Shown: one piece after another, positions 27,594 through 37,800 of the stretch
How the letters are laid out: each line of letters opens with the position of its first letter
Numbering within the stretch: position 1 is the stretch's first letter
IMG/VR virus record: IMGVR_UViG_3300042549_005931
Span: 62,001-126,000 of that record
Reading direction: 5' to 3' (one strand)
DNA: 64,000 bases
Program-made: the position numbers and the translations under genes
Notes under the pieces: model-generated
Seen by the model: the letters and a program-made list of their open reading frames with translations, nothing else
What the model was told of the DNA's origin: nothing
Database searches by the model: none

Positions 27594-27629
27594 TAATAAA
27601 TATAAATAAAAGAATTTAAAAAACAAAGC

Positions 27630-28244
27630 CTACTTCGTATTTTTTTCAGTTTCTTTTATCATATTTACATATCCTATCACACAACACGCAGCATCTGCCA
27701 TGTCGTAGTTCTCTTTCTTTAAAGCTCCTGTCTTTCCGTATAACCAATTAATGTCAGGACAAACCTCATTAACGTGTTCCCATATAACATGTTTTTTATC
27801 GATGTCTTTTGGGTATCCACCAAACAAAACATTACGACCTTTGTCATTTGGTCCAACTAAATCAGGAAAAGCGTATTTTCTTGAGTTGTATGTTGAAATA
27901 AATGTTGGTAAGATTCCTAATGCGTCATAACATACTTTAAGAATTAAAGTGTTGTAACGTAACAATGTACCAATTGTGTAAATGTTATTAGATTGAAGTA
28001 ATGGTTCTTCTATAATGACACGGGTGATACCCATTCCTTTATAATTTTCGATGTGTGTCTTAAACGCATCAGCCTTCTTAATTAATTCTTCGATTTTATC
28101 TTCGGGTTGTGGTTTAATTTTTGGGGAAAAGTGTGTTAACTCCAATAATTTTGACCCTGAGATATCAAATAACGCAAACCCAATTGTTTTGGTGCTGATA
28201 TCTAAACCAAGAATTTTAGCCGACTCAAGTATTTTTTTGCTCAT
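27630..28244 (-). CDS. ruvC: RuvC-like Holliday junction resolvase
   Basis: ILGLDIST..IG, VIIEEP, YDMADA: D/E/D/D catalytic set. Confidence 0.8.
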   Translation of the reverse strand: MSKKILESAKILGLDISTKTIGFALFDISGSKLLELTHFSPKIKPQPEDKIEELIKKADAFKTHIENYKGMGITRVIIEEPLLQSNNIYTIGTLLRYNTLILKVCYDALGILPTFISTYNSRKYAFPDLVGPNDKGRNVLFGGYPKDIDKKHVIWEHVNEVCPDINWLYGKTGALKKENYDMADAACCVIGYVNMIKETEKNTK

Positions 28245-28283
28245 GTAAACTATAATAAATAATTTAACATGAAATGTAAAGTC

Positions 28284-30227
28284 TTAGAAATCTAACTGTA
28301 CATCAATTGTTTGGTCACCAGTTCTTTCTAAAGGTTCAGACATCTTAGCCATTATTAATGTTTCTTTGTTTGAATTTAATAATGCCACCTCAGTTATCAT
28401 TGGATTACCTGATTGATGAGTTGGGTTTACTGATGTTGTGAACTTATCTGCCGGTAAATTTGCTCTAAATGTCAATGTTTGTATTTCAGTACTTCTAACT
28501 ACATTAACACTACCGGGGAATGGTTGTTCATCACCAAAATATGGACCTGAAGACGTAGTAAAATCACTTGTCATGAAGTCACCTAAATTAAATGAACTTG
28601 TTGCACTTGATACATCACTTTCATTTATTGTAAATGTTTTGTTCGATAATTCTGTTGATTCAATTAATCCCGCACCATTTAATGTGATACCAGTTTGTTT
28701 ATAATAACTCCAAGTGTCCGAATCAGGATACTCACCATTATTTGTTATTTGGAATAATAAATAAAATTCATTTGCTATGTGTCCATTAATTGTGTTACCT
28801 GTAGTTGTTTGTAAGTATTGGAATTCATCACTACCAAATTTAACTGAAACACTGTGTGGTGTTGTTGAACCTGTTAATTTAGTGTAGTAGTTACAAGGTA
28901 AACTATTAGTATTTGTATCTCCCGAATAACTTAACATATATGTAATCCACATAGTTTTACCAGTGGTTAAATCAGTTATTGGGTCATTGGTAATAATTGC
29001 ACTTACCTTTGGTGCCGGTAATGTGAACTTTCTATTTGATTTATAATCTAAAGCCGCAACGATTTCTTCATCATCAAATACAATTACTTGTTGATTGTAG
29101 AATATTTTACCTACTCTCACATCTTGCTCGTCAAGTAAATCTCTATATTTCAAAACAAATCTTGAATTGTATGTAGAAACCATTTCTTTATCTGTAAGAC
29201 CCATATGGAATATTTCACCAACAGTTGAACCTGTTGGATTTCTATGGTACAATAAGAATGGTATGTTTATTTGGAAATACTCTTCATCAGATAAGTCAGA
29301 TGCGTTTGGTGATGTAAATCCTGTACTTGTACTTATGTGGTCATCGTATTTAAAGAATCTATTTGGGTCAACGTTATCACCATTTTTTGAATAATGAATA
29401 ATTGCAATTGCCTTTTGTTCTTCAGGTGTTATTGTTATTAATTCATCAACAGTATTTGTAATGGTGGTACCTGTATTATATGTTTGACCTTCAGATAATT
29501 TGTATCCAAAAAATTCTTTAGTTCCTACATAACCATTGCTTGCATAACCAGTGATACTTCTATCTGTGTTACCTAAACCAATTGGTTTTTGGTCCCAAAC
29601 TACATTTAATGTCCAAGGGTTATGTTGTTCGGTTGTGTCTGTCGGTACAGGGTTTTCAAACTCATCATCATTTTGAATTACAACAACATTAGTACTTGGT
29701 AATCTTGGAACCTCTCTATCTAATGTTATTGATGTTGAGCCAGTTGATACTACTTTATAGACATAACTATTAGTTTTACCTGTAATTAAATCATCGTCTA
29801 ATTTATTTGCATTTAATGCCAATGTAATGAAACTACCAGTTGCATAATTTGAACCGGCACCAACTGTAATTGTATCAGTGTTACCAACAAATGAACTAAC
29901 CGTTTCATAACCTGATTTAATATATGAACTTGATACAAATCCCGCAGGTCCCATAACATTTGAACATTCTGTCATTTCCATCAATGAAACAGGGATACCA
30001 TATGGTGAACTACCCGAAACATAAGAAAGTGGGTATTTTACATTACCATAATCATCAAATGGTGCCATTACTATTTGACCGGTGGTTGAATCCGTGTATG
30101 AATATTCTGAATCACCTACAGCAAAGTGTGTAATCACAAAATTACCATTTGCAATACTTTCTCTACCCTTTTGTGTAAGTCTCGTGGCTATTGTAAAACC
30201 TTTATAATTTGTATCTAAAAAACTCAT
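28284..30227 (-). CDS. Baseplate/tail-associated structural protein
   Basis: LTQKGRE.IA.G...ITHFAVGD N-terminus and ITEVALLN....LIMAK C-terminus as in tail-collar-type proteins; TATTTATA at 30232-30239. Confidence 0.6.
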   Translation of the reverse strand: MSFLDTNYKGFTIATRLTQKGRESIANGNFVITHFAVGDSEYSYTDSTTGQIVMAPFDDYGNVKYPLSYVSGSSPYGIPVSLMEMTECSNVMGPAGFVSSSYIKSGYETVSSFVGNTDTITVGAGSNYATGSFITLALNANKLDDDLITGKTNSYVYKVVSTGSTSITLDREVPRLPSTNVVVIQNDDEFENPVPTDTTEQHNPWTLNVVWDQKPIGLGNTDRSITGYASNGYVGTKEFFGYKLSEGQTYNTGTTITNTVDELITITPEEQKAIAIIHYSKNGDNVDPNRFFKYDDHISTSTGFTSPNASDLSDEEYFQINIPFLLYHRNPTGSTVGEIFHMGLTDKEMVSTYNSRFVLKYRDLLDEQDVRVGKIFYNQQVIVFDDEEIVAALDYKSNRKFTLPAPKVSAIITNDPITDLTTGKTMWITYMLSYSGDTNTNSLPCNYYTKLTGSTTPHSVSVKFGSDEFQYLQTTTGNTINGHIANEFYLLFQITNNGEYPDSDTWSYYKQTGITLNGAGLIESTELSNKTFTINESDVSSATSSFNLGDFMTSDFTTSSGPYFGDEQPFPGSVNVVRSTEIQTLTFRANLPADKFTTSVNPTHQSGNPMITEVALLNSNKETLIMAKMSEPLERTGDQTIDVQLDF

Positions 30228-30253
30228 ATATTATAAATATTAATTTAATTTAA

Positions 30254-32665
30254 TTAGCACTCTGAATTTAAATTAGAATCTCCACCATAATTTGGTCTTA
30301 GATATCTATATTTGGACCTGTTAAATTTGGTATTCTTTAATAACACACCACCTGACCATAGAGTAGTTGCCGGAACAAATTGTTCAATAACTTTAACCCA
30401 ATATGGTGACATCTTTTTTATGTATTCAGTTAATGTTGTATATTTAAATGGGGTTATATCAACACTGTTAATATAATCTCTATAAATTTCATCCAATATA
30501 GTATATCCTCTATCAAATTTCATTGAACTACTATTAGTTAATACGTTTTTCAATGTACTATCCAAATATTCTGCAAATGTAAAACCAGTCTGTGGTGTTA
30601 AAGTACCAAATGTTAATTCCAAATTAGATGATTGTCTCCAAATATCGTATTCAATTGTTTGTGATGGTGATAAATGTACATTAAGATTTTTTCTATTTAA
30701 TGTTAAGATATTTAAATCATTTACAACGCTTACTTTCTTATTGTCGATTCTTGACTTTAAATCATAACCATAATCCAAACCTTGGAATGTTCTAAAACCA
30801 TCAAAATAATCCTCACCATATGTATATGGTTTATTCATAGTTTTAGTGTATTTGGTTCTACCAGTCAATACAGAGTTTTCATAATCAACTACTAATGGTG
30901 ACCTATGGTCTAATGTGATATCATACCATCCTGAACCTTGTTGGAAGAATACACTACCATCACTACTTGTTGCACCTTTTGGTACACCGTTTTCATCAAT
31001 TGGGTAATCTGCTCTTGTTAATGTTGTGGTAGTTGTTGCTGTAATACTATTTGTAACACCGGTAACATAACTTGGGAATGTACCACCTGTTATTATATCT
31101 GTAACAATCACACCGGTTTCAACACCATTAATATAGTTGTATAAATCAAAATTAACTTTTAAATCGGTGATGTCACCAACATCCACTAACGTAGTAGCTT
31201 CACTTGGTACTGAGGTGATATCATAAACATATTCATCAATCTTAATCATTGGTTCAGGTGCACCTAAGAATTTCAAAAAGAATTCTAAAGCTTTACGTGT
31301 GCCTTTTGATTTATATAGTTGTGCAAGATTAATTAAAATTCTTCTGTAGAATTCATATTCAGATTCTATTAGATTCTTTCCAACCGGTACTCCTAAGTAA
31401 TTACTATCTTGTCTTGTATAAAGAATATCATTTAAACTCTTCTCATCGAAAAGATTAACGGTATCAAGACCCAAGTTTTGTGATAGATTTTTTAATAACA
31501 TATCAGGTACATTACTAATACCATCATAACTCACATGTCTCATGTAAGCAATGTTGTCGATATATTTTTTTACACTATCAAAACTTTGTCCGTATAATTG
31601 AAAAACCGATTCAGCTCTTTTATCTTCCGTATCGAATTCAAATAATTGCGGTGCGGTTAAAAATCTAACAATTAAATTAGATTTGTAGTCATCAATCTCA
31701 TCTGATAAGTCATAAAGCTTTTGAATATATTGGTCATACTCAATACCAACAATTTGTGGATTCCATCCGTCTCTCGACACCGGCCATGTTGCGTCAACAC
31801 CAATTAAATCGGTTGCACTTTCATCTAAACTATCTCTCGGTACACTAAATGTTGCAGTATAGATTGGATTCGACTCCCTATCAATCAATAATTCCTCAAG
31901 GTCATCTAAATTCTTAAAGAACTCTTCAATGATACTATCATTTGGTTTGATTAAAAAATCAACATTAACATCTGTACTGCCGCTAAATAAATTACCTTCA
32001 ACCTCGAATGTTATAATAAAGTTATTGTCAAAAGTTGGTTCAATGTAATTTGTAATATCGTAAGAAACACCACTATAAATTAATGTGTAATTTTTATATG
32101 ATGAATAAAAATTTCTAATTTCATTACTTGTTTCTACTAAAGTGTTACTATTTGGTTTTGTTAATACAATTTCAAATGGATTATAAAAAATTGATTGTTG
32201 TGTTTCAAATTGGGTTGTATTGGTTCCACTATCGTAACTAATATTTTCCGCCGTATAGTTTGTTGTTCTACTTACTGTTGTACTATCCGCCAATAACGAT
32301 GCGGGAAACTTACTAATAATTCTACCAATTGATATATTGATTCTATCTTTTAATGAACCAAATAAAGACCTACCAGCATCTTTTCTTGATGGTTTGAATT
32401 TAATTGTATCATTTGTTGTTTTTGATGTGTTGGTTTTTGGTGCGTTAGTTTCTTCCTTTAATGTATCTAAAGTCAAGAAATCGGAAAACGGTGTTGTTGA
32501 AAAACTTTTACTATCTTTTTCGGGTGTAAGTCTATCAAGTACAAAGTTGGTATTGGTCAATTGACTACTACCGTCAGTTATTTGATTACCAACTAAACTG
32601 TCGCTAAAAGTTTGTGCCCCACTGGCAGCTTGACTTGGAACTTTATATTTTACTACTTTTGCCAT
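30254..32665 (-). CDS. Baseplate wedge/tail protein (P2 gpI-like motif)
   Basis: LLKNLSQNLG...RRILINL..LYKSKGT.KALE; position in baseplate block. Confidence 0.6.
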   Translation of the reverse strand: MAKVVKYKVPSQAASGAQTFSDSLVGNQITDGSSQLTNTNFVLDRLTPEKDSKSFSTTPFSDFLTLDTLKEETNAPKTNTSKTTNDTIKFKPSRKDAGRSLFGSLKDRINISIGRIISKFPASLLADSTTVSRTTNYTAENISYDSGTNTTQFETQQSIFYNPFEIVLTKPNSNTLVETSNEIRNFYSSYKNYTLIYSGVSYDITNYIEPTFDNNFIITFEVEGNLFSGSTDVNVDFLIKPNDSIIEEFFKNLDDLEELLIDRESNPIYTATFSVPRDSLDESATDLIGVDATWPVSRDGWNPQIVGIEYDQYIQKLYDLSDEIDDYKSNLIVRFLTAPQLFEFDTEDKRAESVFQLYGQSFDSVKKYIDNIAYMRHVSYDGISNVPDMLLKNLSQNLGLDTVNLFDEKSLNDILYTRQDSNYLGVPVGKNLIESEYEFYRRILINLAQLYKSKGTRKALEFFLKFLGAPEPMIKIDEYVYDITSVPSEATTLVDVGDITDLKVNFDLYNYINGVETGVIVTDIITGGTFPSYVTGVTNSITATTTTTLTRADYPIDENGVPKGATSSDGSVFFQQGSGWYDITLDHRSPLVVDYENSVLTGRTKYTKTMNKPYTYGEDYFDGFRTFQGLDYGYDLKSRIDNKKVSVVNDLNILTLNRKNLNVHLSPSQTIEYDIWRQSSNLELTFGTLTPQTGFTFAEYLDSTLKNVLTNSSSMKFDRGYTILDEIYRDYINSVDITPFKYTTLTEYIKKMSPYWVKVIEQFVPATTLWSGGVLLKNTKFNRSKYRYLRPNYGGDSNLNSEC

Positions 32666-33588
32666 TATACGTTAGTAATGTTATCTAATCCTAATGTTTC
32701 ATCAATATCCGTTCTCTCTTCACGAACCTCATATAGTGTCTCACTAAATTCGTCTTTAATTTCGTAAAGGTTGTATTGTTTGTAAATTTCATTATTCTCA
32801 TCGTAGATTGTGTAGATACCCGGAGTAATCGCCTTAGTTTGATTACCGTACAATGCATGTGCCAATGTGCTAGCATCGTGTTCTACCATATCAATCTCAA
32901 TAGTTGTTGGATTAACAAACGTATTGGTTAATATAACCTTTTGACCCGGTTGTCCAATAAAAGGAATAACGTTTGGTCTTGTTGATGGTGATGACGAAGG
33001 TGTTATCGTCATGAATATTAAATTTGTTACTTGGTCAGTATATTGATATCTAATTGCCTTATCTGTTGTGTTAGATAAATTAGATGTTATTGGTTGACAA
33101 TAAAATGAAGATGTTACAACTCTATAGAAATTTGGTATTTTTGTTTTGTTATCGTTAGTGTTAATATATTCAACACGATAACCTACCATTCCTTGTGGTG
33201 TAAATTTGTTTCTATCTTCAGCCGGTACATTTGATGTGTCAATTATCAATCCTCTTACTGATGGAAGTGATGCTAAAACACCACAATCCGTAATTGTTGT
33301 TCTAATTTGTTTTGGTCTTATATGTAATGTATAGATTCCCAATTCAGAAAAATCGTCAGCACTTAATTTTAAATTATATAAACCACCTAATATCTCAGCA
33401 TTCGGTGCCGATGCGTCATCCGTAGTATCGGAATTGTGGTAAACAGGTGTCAAAACATCTGTTGATATTAATTTTTTTAGTGTAACCGGTGTTGTAGACG
33501 TTCTATTTGATGTATAATGATAATATATCTCAACATCTCCTGGGGATACGTCTGCGGGTCTTACTATACCATATGAGCCAACTGCCAT
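32665..33588 (-). CDS. Putative structural protein
   Basis: 307 aa; TATTTAT at 33602-33609; TAATG coupling. Confidence 0.6.
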   Translation of the reverse strand: MAVGSYGIVRPADVSPGDVEIYYHYTSNRTSTTPVTLKKLISTDVLTPVYHNSDTTDDASAPNAEILGGLYNLKLSADDFSELGIYTLHIRPKQIRTTITDCGVLASLPSVRGLIIDTSNVPAEDRNKFTPQGMVGYRVEYINTNDNKTKIPNFYRVVTSSFYCQPITSNLSNTTDKAIRYQYTDQVTNLIFMTITPSSSPSTRPNVIPFIGQPGQKVILTNTFVNPTTIEIDMVEHDASTLAHALYGNQTKAITPGIYTIYDENNEIYKQYNLYEIKDEFSETLYEVREERTDIDETLGLDNITNV

Positions 33589-33615
33589 TTCTTTTTTATT
33601 TAATAAATATAAATC

Positions 33616-34131
33616 TTATTGTTTTTTCACTTTAAAATAACCATTTCCATATACACTTAATTCTCCCATATTATCAATCTCACCCAATCTTAAGTTCATT
33701 TCCATTACACCCTGTTTTCCACGTTCAACAAAAACGTCAGAATAAATCTTTGGTTCATCAACAAATCCTAAAAAATGTTCATTACGAGATAACACCTCAA
33801 ATATTATTTCTTCTTTTGTAAAACCTACTGTGTTTCCTGTTAATACTGTATATCCCTCAGGATAATCAAGATAATAAACACCATCTATTGTATAACCGGT
33901 CGTGTTTGTTTCACTATCAATATTAATTGGGATTGTATATGTATCACTACCGTATTTTTTATATTCCGATAATTTACTTAATCCAATGGCATTATAATAT
34001 GTTATACCTGTGAAATTTGTATCACCGGTATATGCACTATAATCTAAATCATTTTGATAACCTTGTTCGTAACTCGTTTCCGGAGTTACATATGGTAATG
34101 TAAATGTTAGTGAACCTGAACCAAGTAGCAT
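33616..34131 (-). CDS. Putative structural protein, possibly the C-terminal half of a split gene
   Basis: 171 aa; preceded by one copy of the 23-bp repeat. Confidence 0.6.
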   Translation of the reverse strand: MLLGSGSLTFTLPYVTPETSYEQGYQNDLDYSAYTGDTNFTGITYYNAIGLSKLSEYKKYGSDTYTIPINIDSETNTTGYTIDGVYYLDYPEGYTVLTGNTVGFTKEEIIFEVLSRNEHFLGFVDEPKIYSDVFVERGKQGVMEMNLRLGEIDNMGELSVYGNGYFKVKKQ

Positions 34132-34150
34132 AATTAATAATGTATTCTAG

Positions 34151-34173
34151 TAAATATCTTTAGAATACTTTTG
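34151..34173. repeat. Direct repeat, copy 1 (TAAATATCTTTAGAATacTTTTG)
   Basis: 21/23 identical to 47899-47921. Confidence 0.8.
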
Positions 34174-34210
34174 GATTAATATAATGAATAAATTGGTGTA
34201 AATAAATCTT

Positions 34211-34798
34211 TTAAATTGTATCGCACTGAATAAATTCAAGCATTACCTTTTTATTAATAGTGGGTGATGCTGTGGTAATGTTAAAGGTAAAATTGTATTC
34301 ACCCTTACCCAATATTATTTTACCACTATCTGAAGTTGTTGTTGATACAGTAATACTTGATGGGGTTGGGTATGGTGTGTCATCAATATGTGTCACTGTT
34401 AGTGTACTTGATACGTTAACACTATCAAGGTCATCATTTGTTACTGTTAATTTTAGAACCGGAATACCATTTGCACCAATTAAATTCGAAACGTAACTTG
34501 TAAAACAAAAATCGGTAGATTGGAATGTAATAAAAGAATCGCCACATTTTATTTGATAAAATGTATAACCGTTAACCAATTGTTGATGTGTTAAATCTGA
34601 TTTTAAAATTGTATATTCAGGTCCAATATTTAAAACATCGACTATACCTGAACTTGTTCCACCTGTAATTTCAACACTACTAACACTAATCCCGCTCATT
34701 GTAATTCCTGAAGATTCATAATGTTCCAAAGTAGCAACAAATGGACCAATAATCTGATGTGGTATATTTTTATATTTTACTTTTACATTAACCGCCAT
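34211..34798 (-). CDS. Hypothetical beta-rich protein
   Basis: 195 aa; TATTTATA at 34803-34810. Confidence 0.65.
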   Translation of the reverse strand: MAVNVKVKYKNIPHQIIGPFVATLEHYESSGITMSGISVSSVEITGGTSSGIVDVLNIGPEYTILKSDLTHQQLVNGYTFYQIKCGDSFITFQSTDFCFTSYVSNLIGANGIPVLKLTVTNDDLDSVNVSSTLTVTHIDDTPYPTPSSITVSTTTSDSGKIILGKGEYNFTFNITTASPTINKKVMLEFIQCDTI

Positions 34799-34810
34799 AT
34801 CTTATAAATA

Positions 34811-37800
34811 TTACACCGTTATTATATATGCAGTTGTTTCTGTACAACCATTATTATCGGTAACTTTAACATAATAATAACCTGCCGTAACACTACTAAA
34901 TGTTACATTTGATGTATCAGTTAATGTGTCAACTACACTACCTCCACCAACTTCGTATGGTGCTGAGAAATCTTGATACAATTCAAATGTTTTACCACCT
35001 GAAGCACCACCTGAAACGGATGCATAAATTTGGTCAAATGCAGTTTTTTGTGCAAATATTCCAAGTGCACTTGGTTGTGTTATTGTACGAGAATATTCTT
35101 CAACTTTACCCGCACTATCTTTAATATAAACAGTGTACGTACCTGCAGGTACATTATATGTTGTTGATGAGGTCCAATTTGTATATGTGGTATAAACACT
35201 ACTTAATTTAGTTTGGAAAGTTCCGCCACTTCCACCTGTTACGTTAGTGATAGTTATCGTACCGTCATTTCCATTACACGCCGCATTTGCACTTGATACT
35301 GTTGCGGTTATACAAATTGATTCATATAATGTTACGGTTTTGTCAGTATAAACACTAGTATTACAATTAGGACTTGCATTGTAAACCCTTACAGTGTATA
35401 CTTGACTACCGCCTAAACCGTTTATATATCCAGTATCAATTGTTGCATTTCCACTACCATTTATAGTTCCATCAGGTGATGTACAACCATTATTTGTACA
35501 TGAGAATGTTGCACCATTACAATATCTATAAAAGTCACCAGGGTTTCCACCTGTAATTAAAAGTTTACCAGTCGTACTTGTACCATTCGTAACACAATTT
35601 GGTTGTGTTGTACCCAAATTAAATATTGGGTATGATAAGATTGTTATATCGGTTGTTGTTGCGGCAGCACTTCCGCCAGTACCATTTAATACCACATAGA
35701 ATGATTCACTACCTTCAGATAATCCGTCAGATGAAATTGTTAATGTAAATGTACCCGTATTACTATTAATTGTAACATTTCCACTTGTTGCACTTGAGAA
35801 ATCGGCAGATGATGTTGTTCCATTATAACCAACATACCAACCAAGTGACGTTCCATTTCCAATATCTGTTGTATTAACTGTCAATGTTATAGTATCACCC
35901 TCAGCAACAGTATATGCCGATGATGTGATGCCATATGTTGGTTCCGCAACATTATTAACACTAATTGTAAATTGTTTTTCTGTGTATAGTCCACCTTGGT
36001 CAGTTGAACGAACTCTAATTGAGTATGACGATTTGGTTTCATAATCAAAAACAACTGAATTTCTAAGTGAGCTTCCTGAAATATTAAAGCTACTATTATC
36101 TCCACTACCTGTTCCCGCAACTAATGTATATGTAAATGAGTTACCTGAATCGGGGTCAATTGTTTGGAAGGTACCAATTGATGTGTTTATTGATGTGTTT
36201 TCATTTTGTGAACTATTACTTAATATAATATCTGTCGGTGTTTCATTAACATTATTTACATATATCGTAAAATCTTTCTCGTAATATAAACCACCTCCGT
36301 CTGTTGAACGAATTCTAATTGAGTAAGATGATTTTGATTCATAGTTAAATGTTCCGTTAGTGAATAAATCATCTCCCGTAATTGCAAAACTACCATTATC
36401 CACACCACCTGATGCAAATGAATATGTAAATATATTAGTACCATCAGGGTCAGTTGTTGAGAACGTTCCAACAAATGTTGTTGAACTTGAATTTTCATTA
36501 ACATATACATTAGTTAAACTAATATCTGTTGGCGATTCATTTACATTATTAACACCAATTGTAAATTGTTTTTCGTTATATAAACCTCCTTGGTCTGTTG
36601 AGCGAACTCTAATCATATACGCGGTTTTAGACTCGTAGTTAAAAACTATAGAATTTCTAAGAGCGTTTCCTGAAATATTGAAACTACTATTATCATCACT
36701 ACCTGTTCCCGCAACTAACGTATAAGTGAATGTGTTACCCACATCAGGGTCACTTGTTGAGAAAGTACCAATTGTAGTATTAATCGATGTATTTTCATTT
36801 TGTGAGGTATTACTTAAATTAATATCTGATGGTGTTTCATTAACATTATTAACAAATATTGTAAATTGAGCTTCTACATATAATCCACCTTGGTCTGTTG
36901 AGCGAACTCTAATTGTATATGATGATTTAGTTTCATAATCCAAAAATACAGTATTTCTTAGTGAGCTTCCTGAAATATCAAAACTACCATTATCTCCACT
37001 ACCAGTTCCTGTCACTAATGTATAAGTAAATGTGTTACTTGCATCAGGGTCAGTTGTTGAGAAGGTTCCAATTGTTGTATATTGTGCTGAACCTTCATTA
37101 ATATTGTTAGTACTTAACGATATTGACGCTGGTGTTTCGTTCACATTACTAATGGTTATAGTGAATATTTTTTCAAAAAATTGTCCAAGTGAATTGGTTG
37201 AGCGAACTCTAATTGAGTACGATGACTTAGCCTCAAAATTATAAACTTCAGAACTTCTTAACTGTGTTCCTGATATGTTAAAACTACCATTATCACCACT
37301 ACCCGTTCCTGTAACTAATGTATATGTATACGTCTCAGTAATTGGACTTGCGGTTTGTGATGAGAATGTTCCAATAACATAATTTATTGAACTATTTTCA
37401 GGTATTGATTCACTCGATAATGAAATACCATTTGGTGGGTATGGTGACGGTGTCGGTGTTTGTGTTGGTGTTCTTGTTGGCGTAACAGTATTTGTTGGCG
37501 TTTGTGTTCTCGTTGGCGTAACAGTATTTGTAGGCGTAACAGTATTTGTAGGTGTAACAGTGTTTGTTGGTGTTTGTGTTGGTGTTCTCGTTGGTGTAAC
37601 AGTATTTGTTGGTGTTTGTGTTGGTGTTCTCGTTGGTGTAAAAGTATTTGTTGGTGTTTGTGTTGTTGTTGGTGTAAACGTATTTGTAGGTGTAACAGTG
37701 TTTGTTGGTGTTTGTGTTGGTGTTCTTGTTGGCGTAACAGTATTTGTTGGTGTTTGTGTTGTTGTTGGTGTAAACGTATTTGTAGGTGTAACAGTGTTTG

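Noticed and set aside
27630-28244. RuvC protein next to an RNA as a TnpB/Cas12/IscB-like guided nuclease
   Set aside because: Only 204 aa with a contiguous resolvase-type RuvC; no WED/REC, bridge helix, Zn finger or transposon ends seen. The RNA is reported separately
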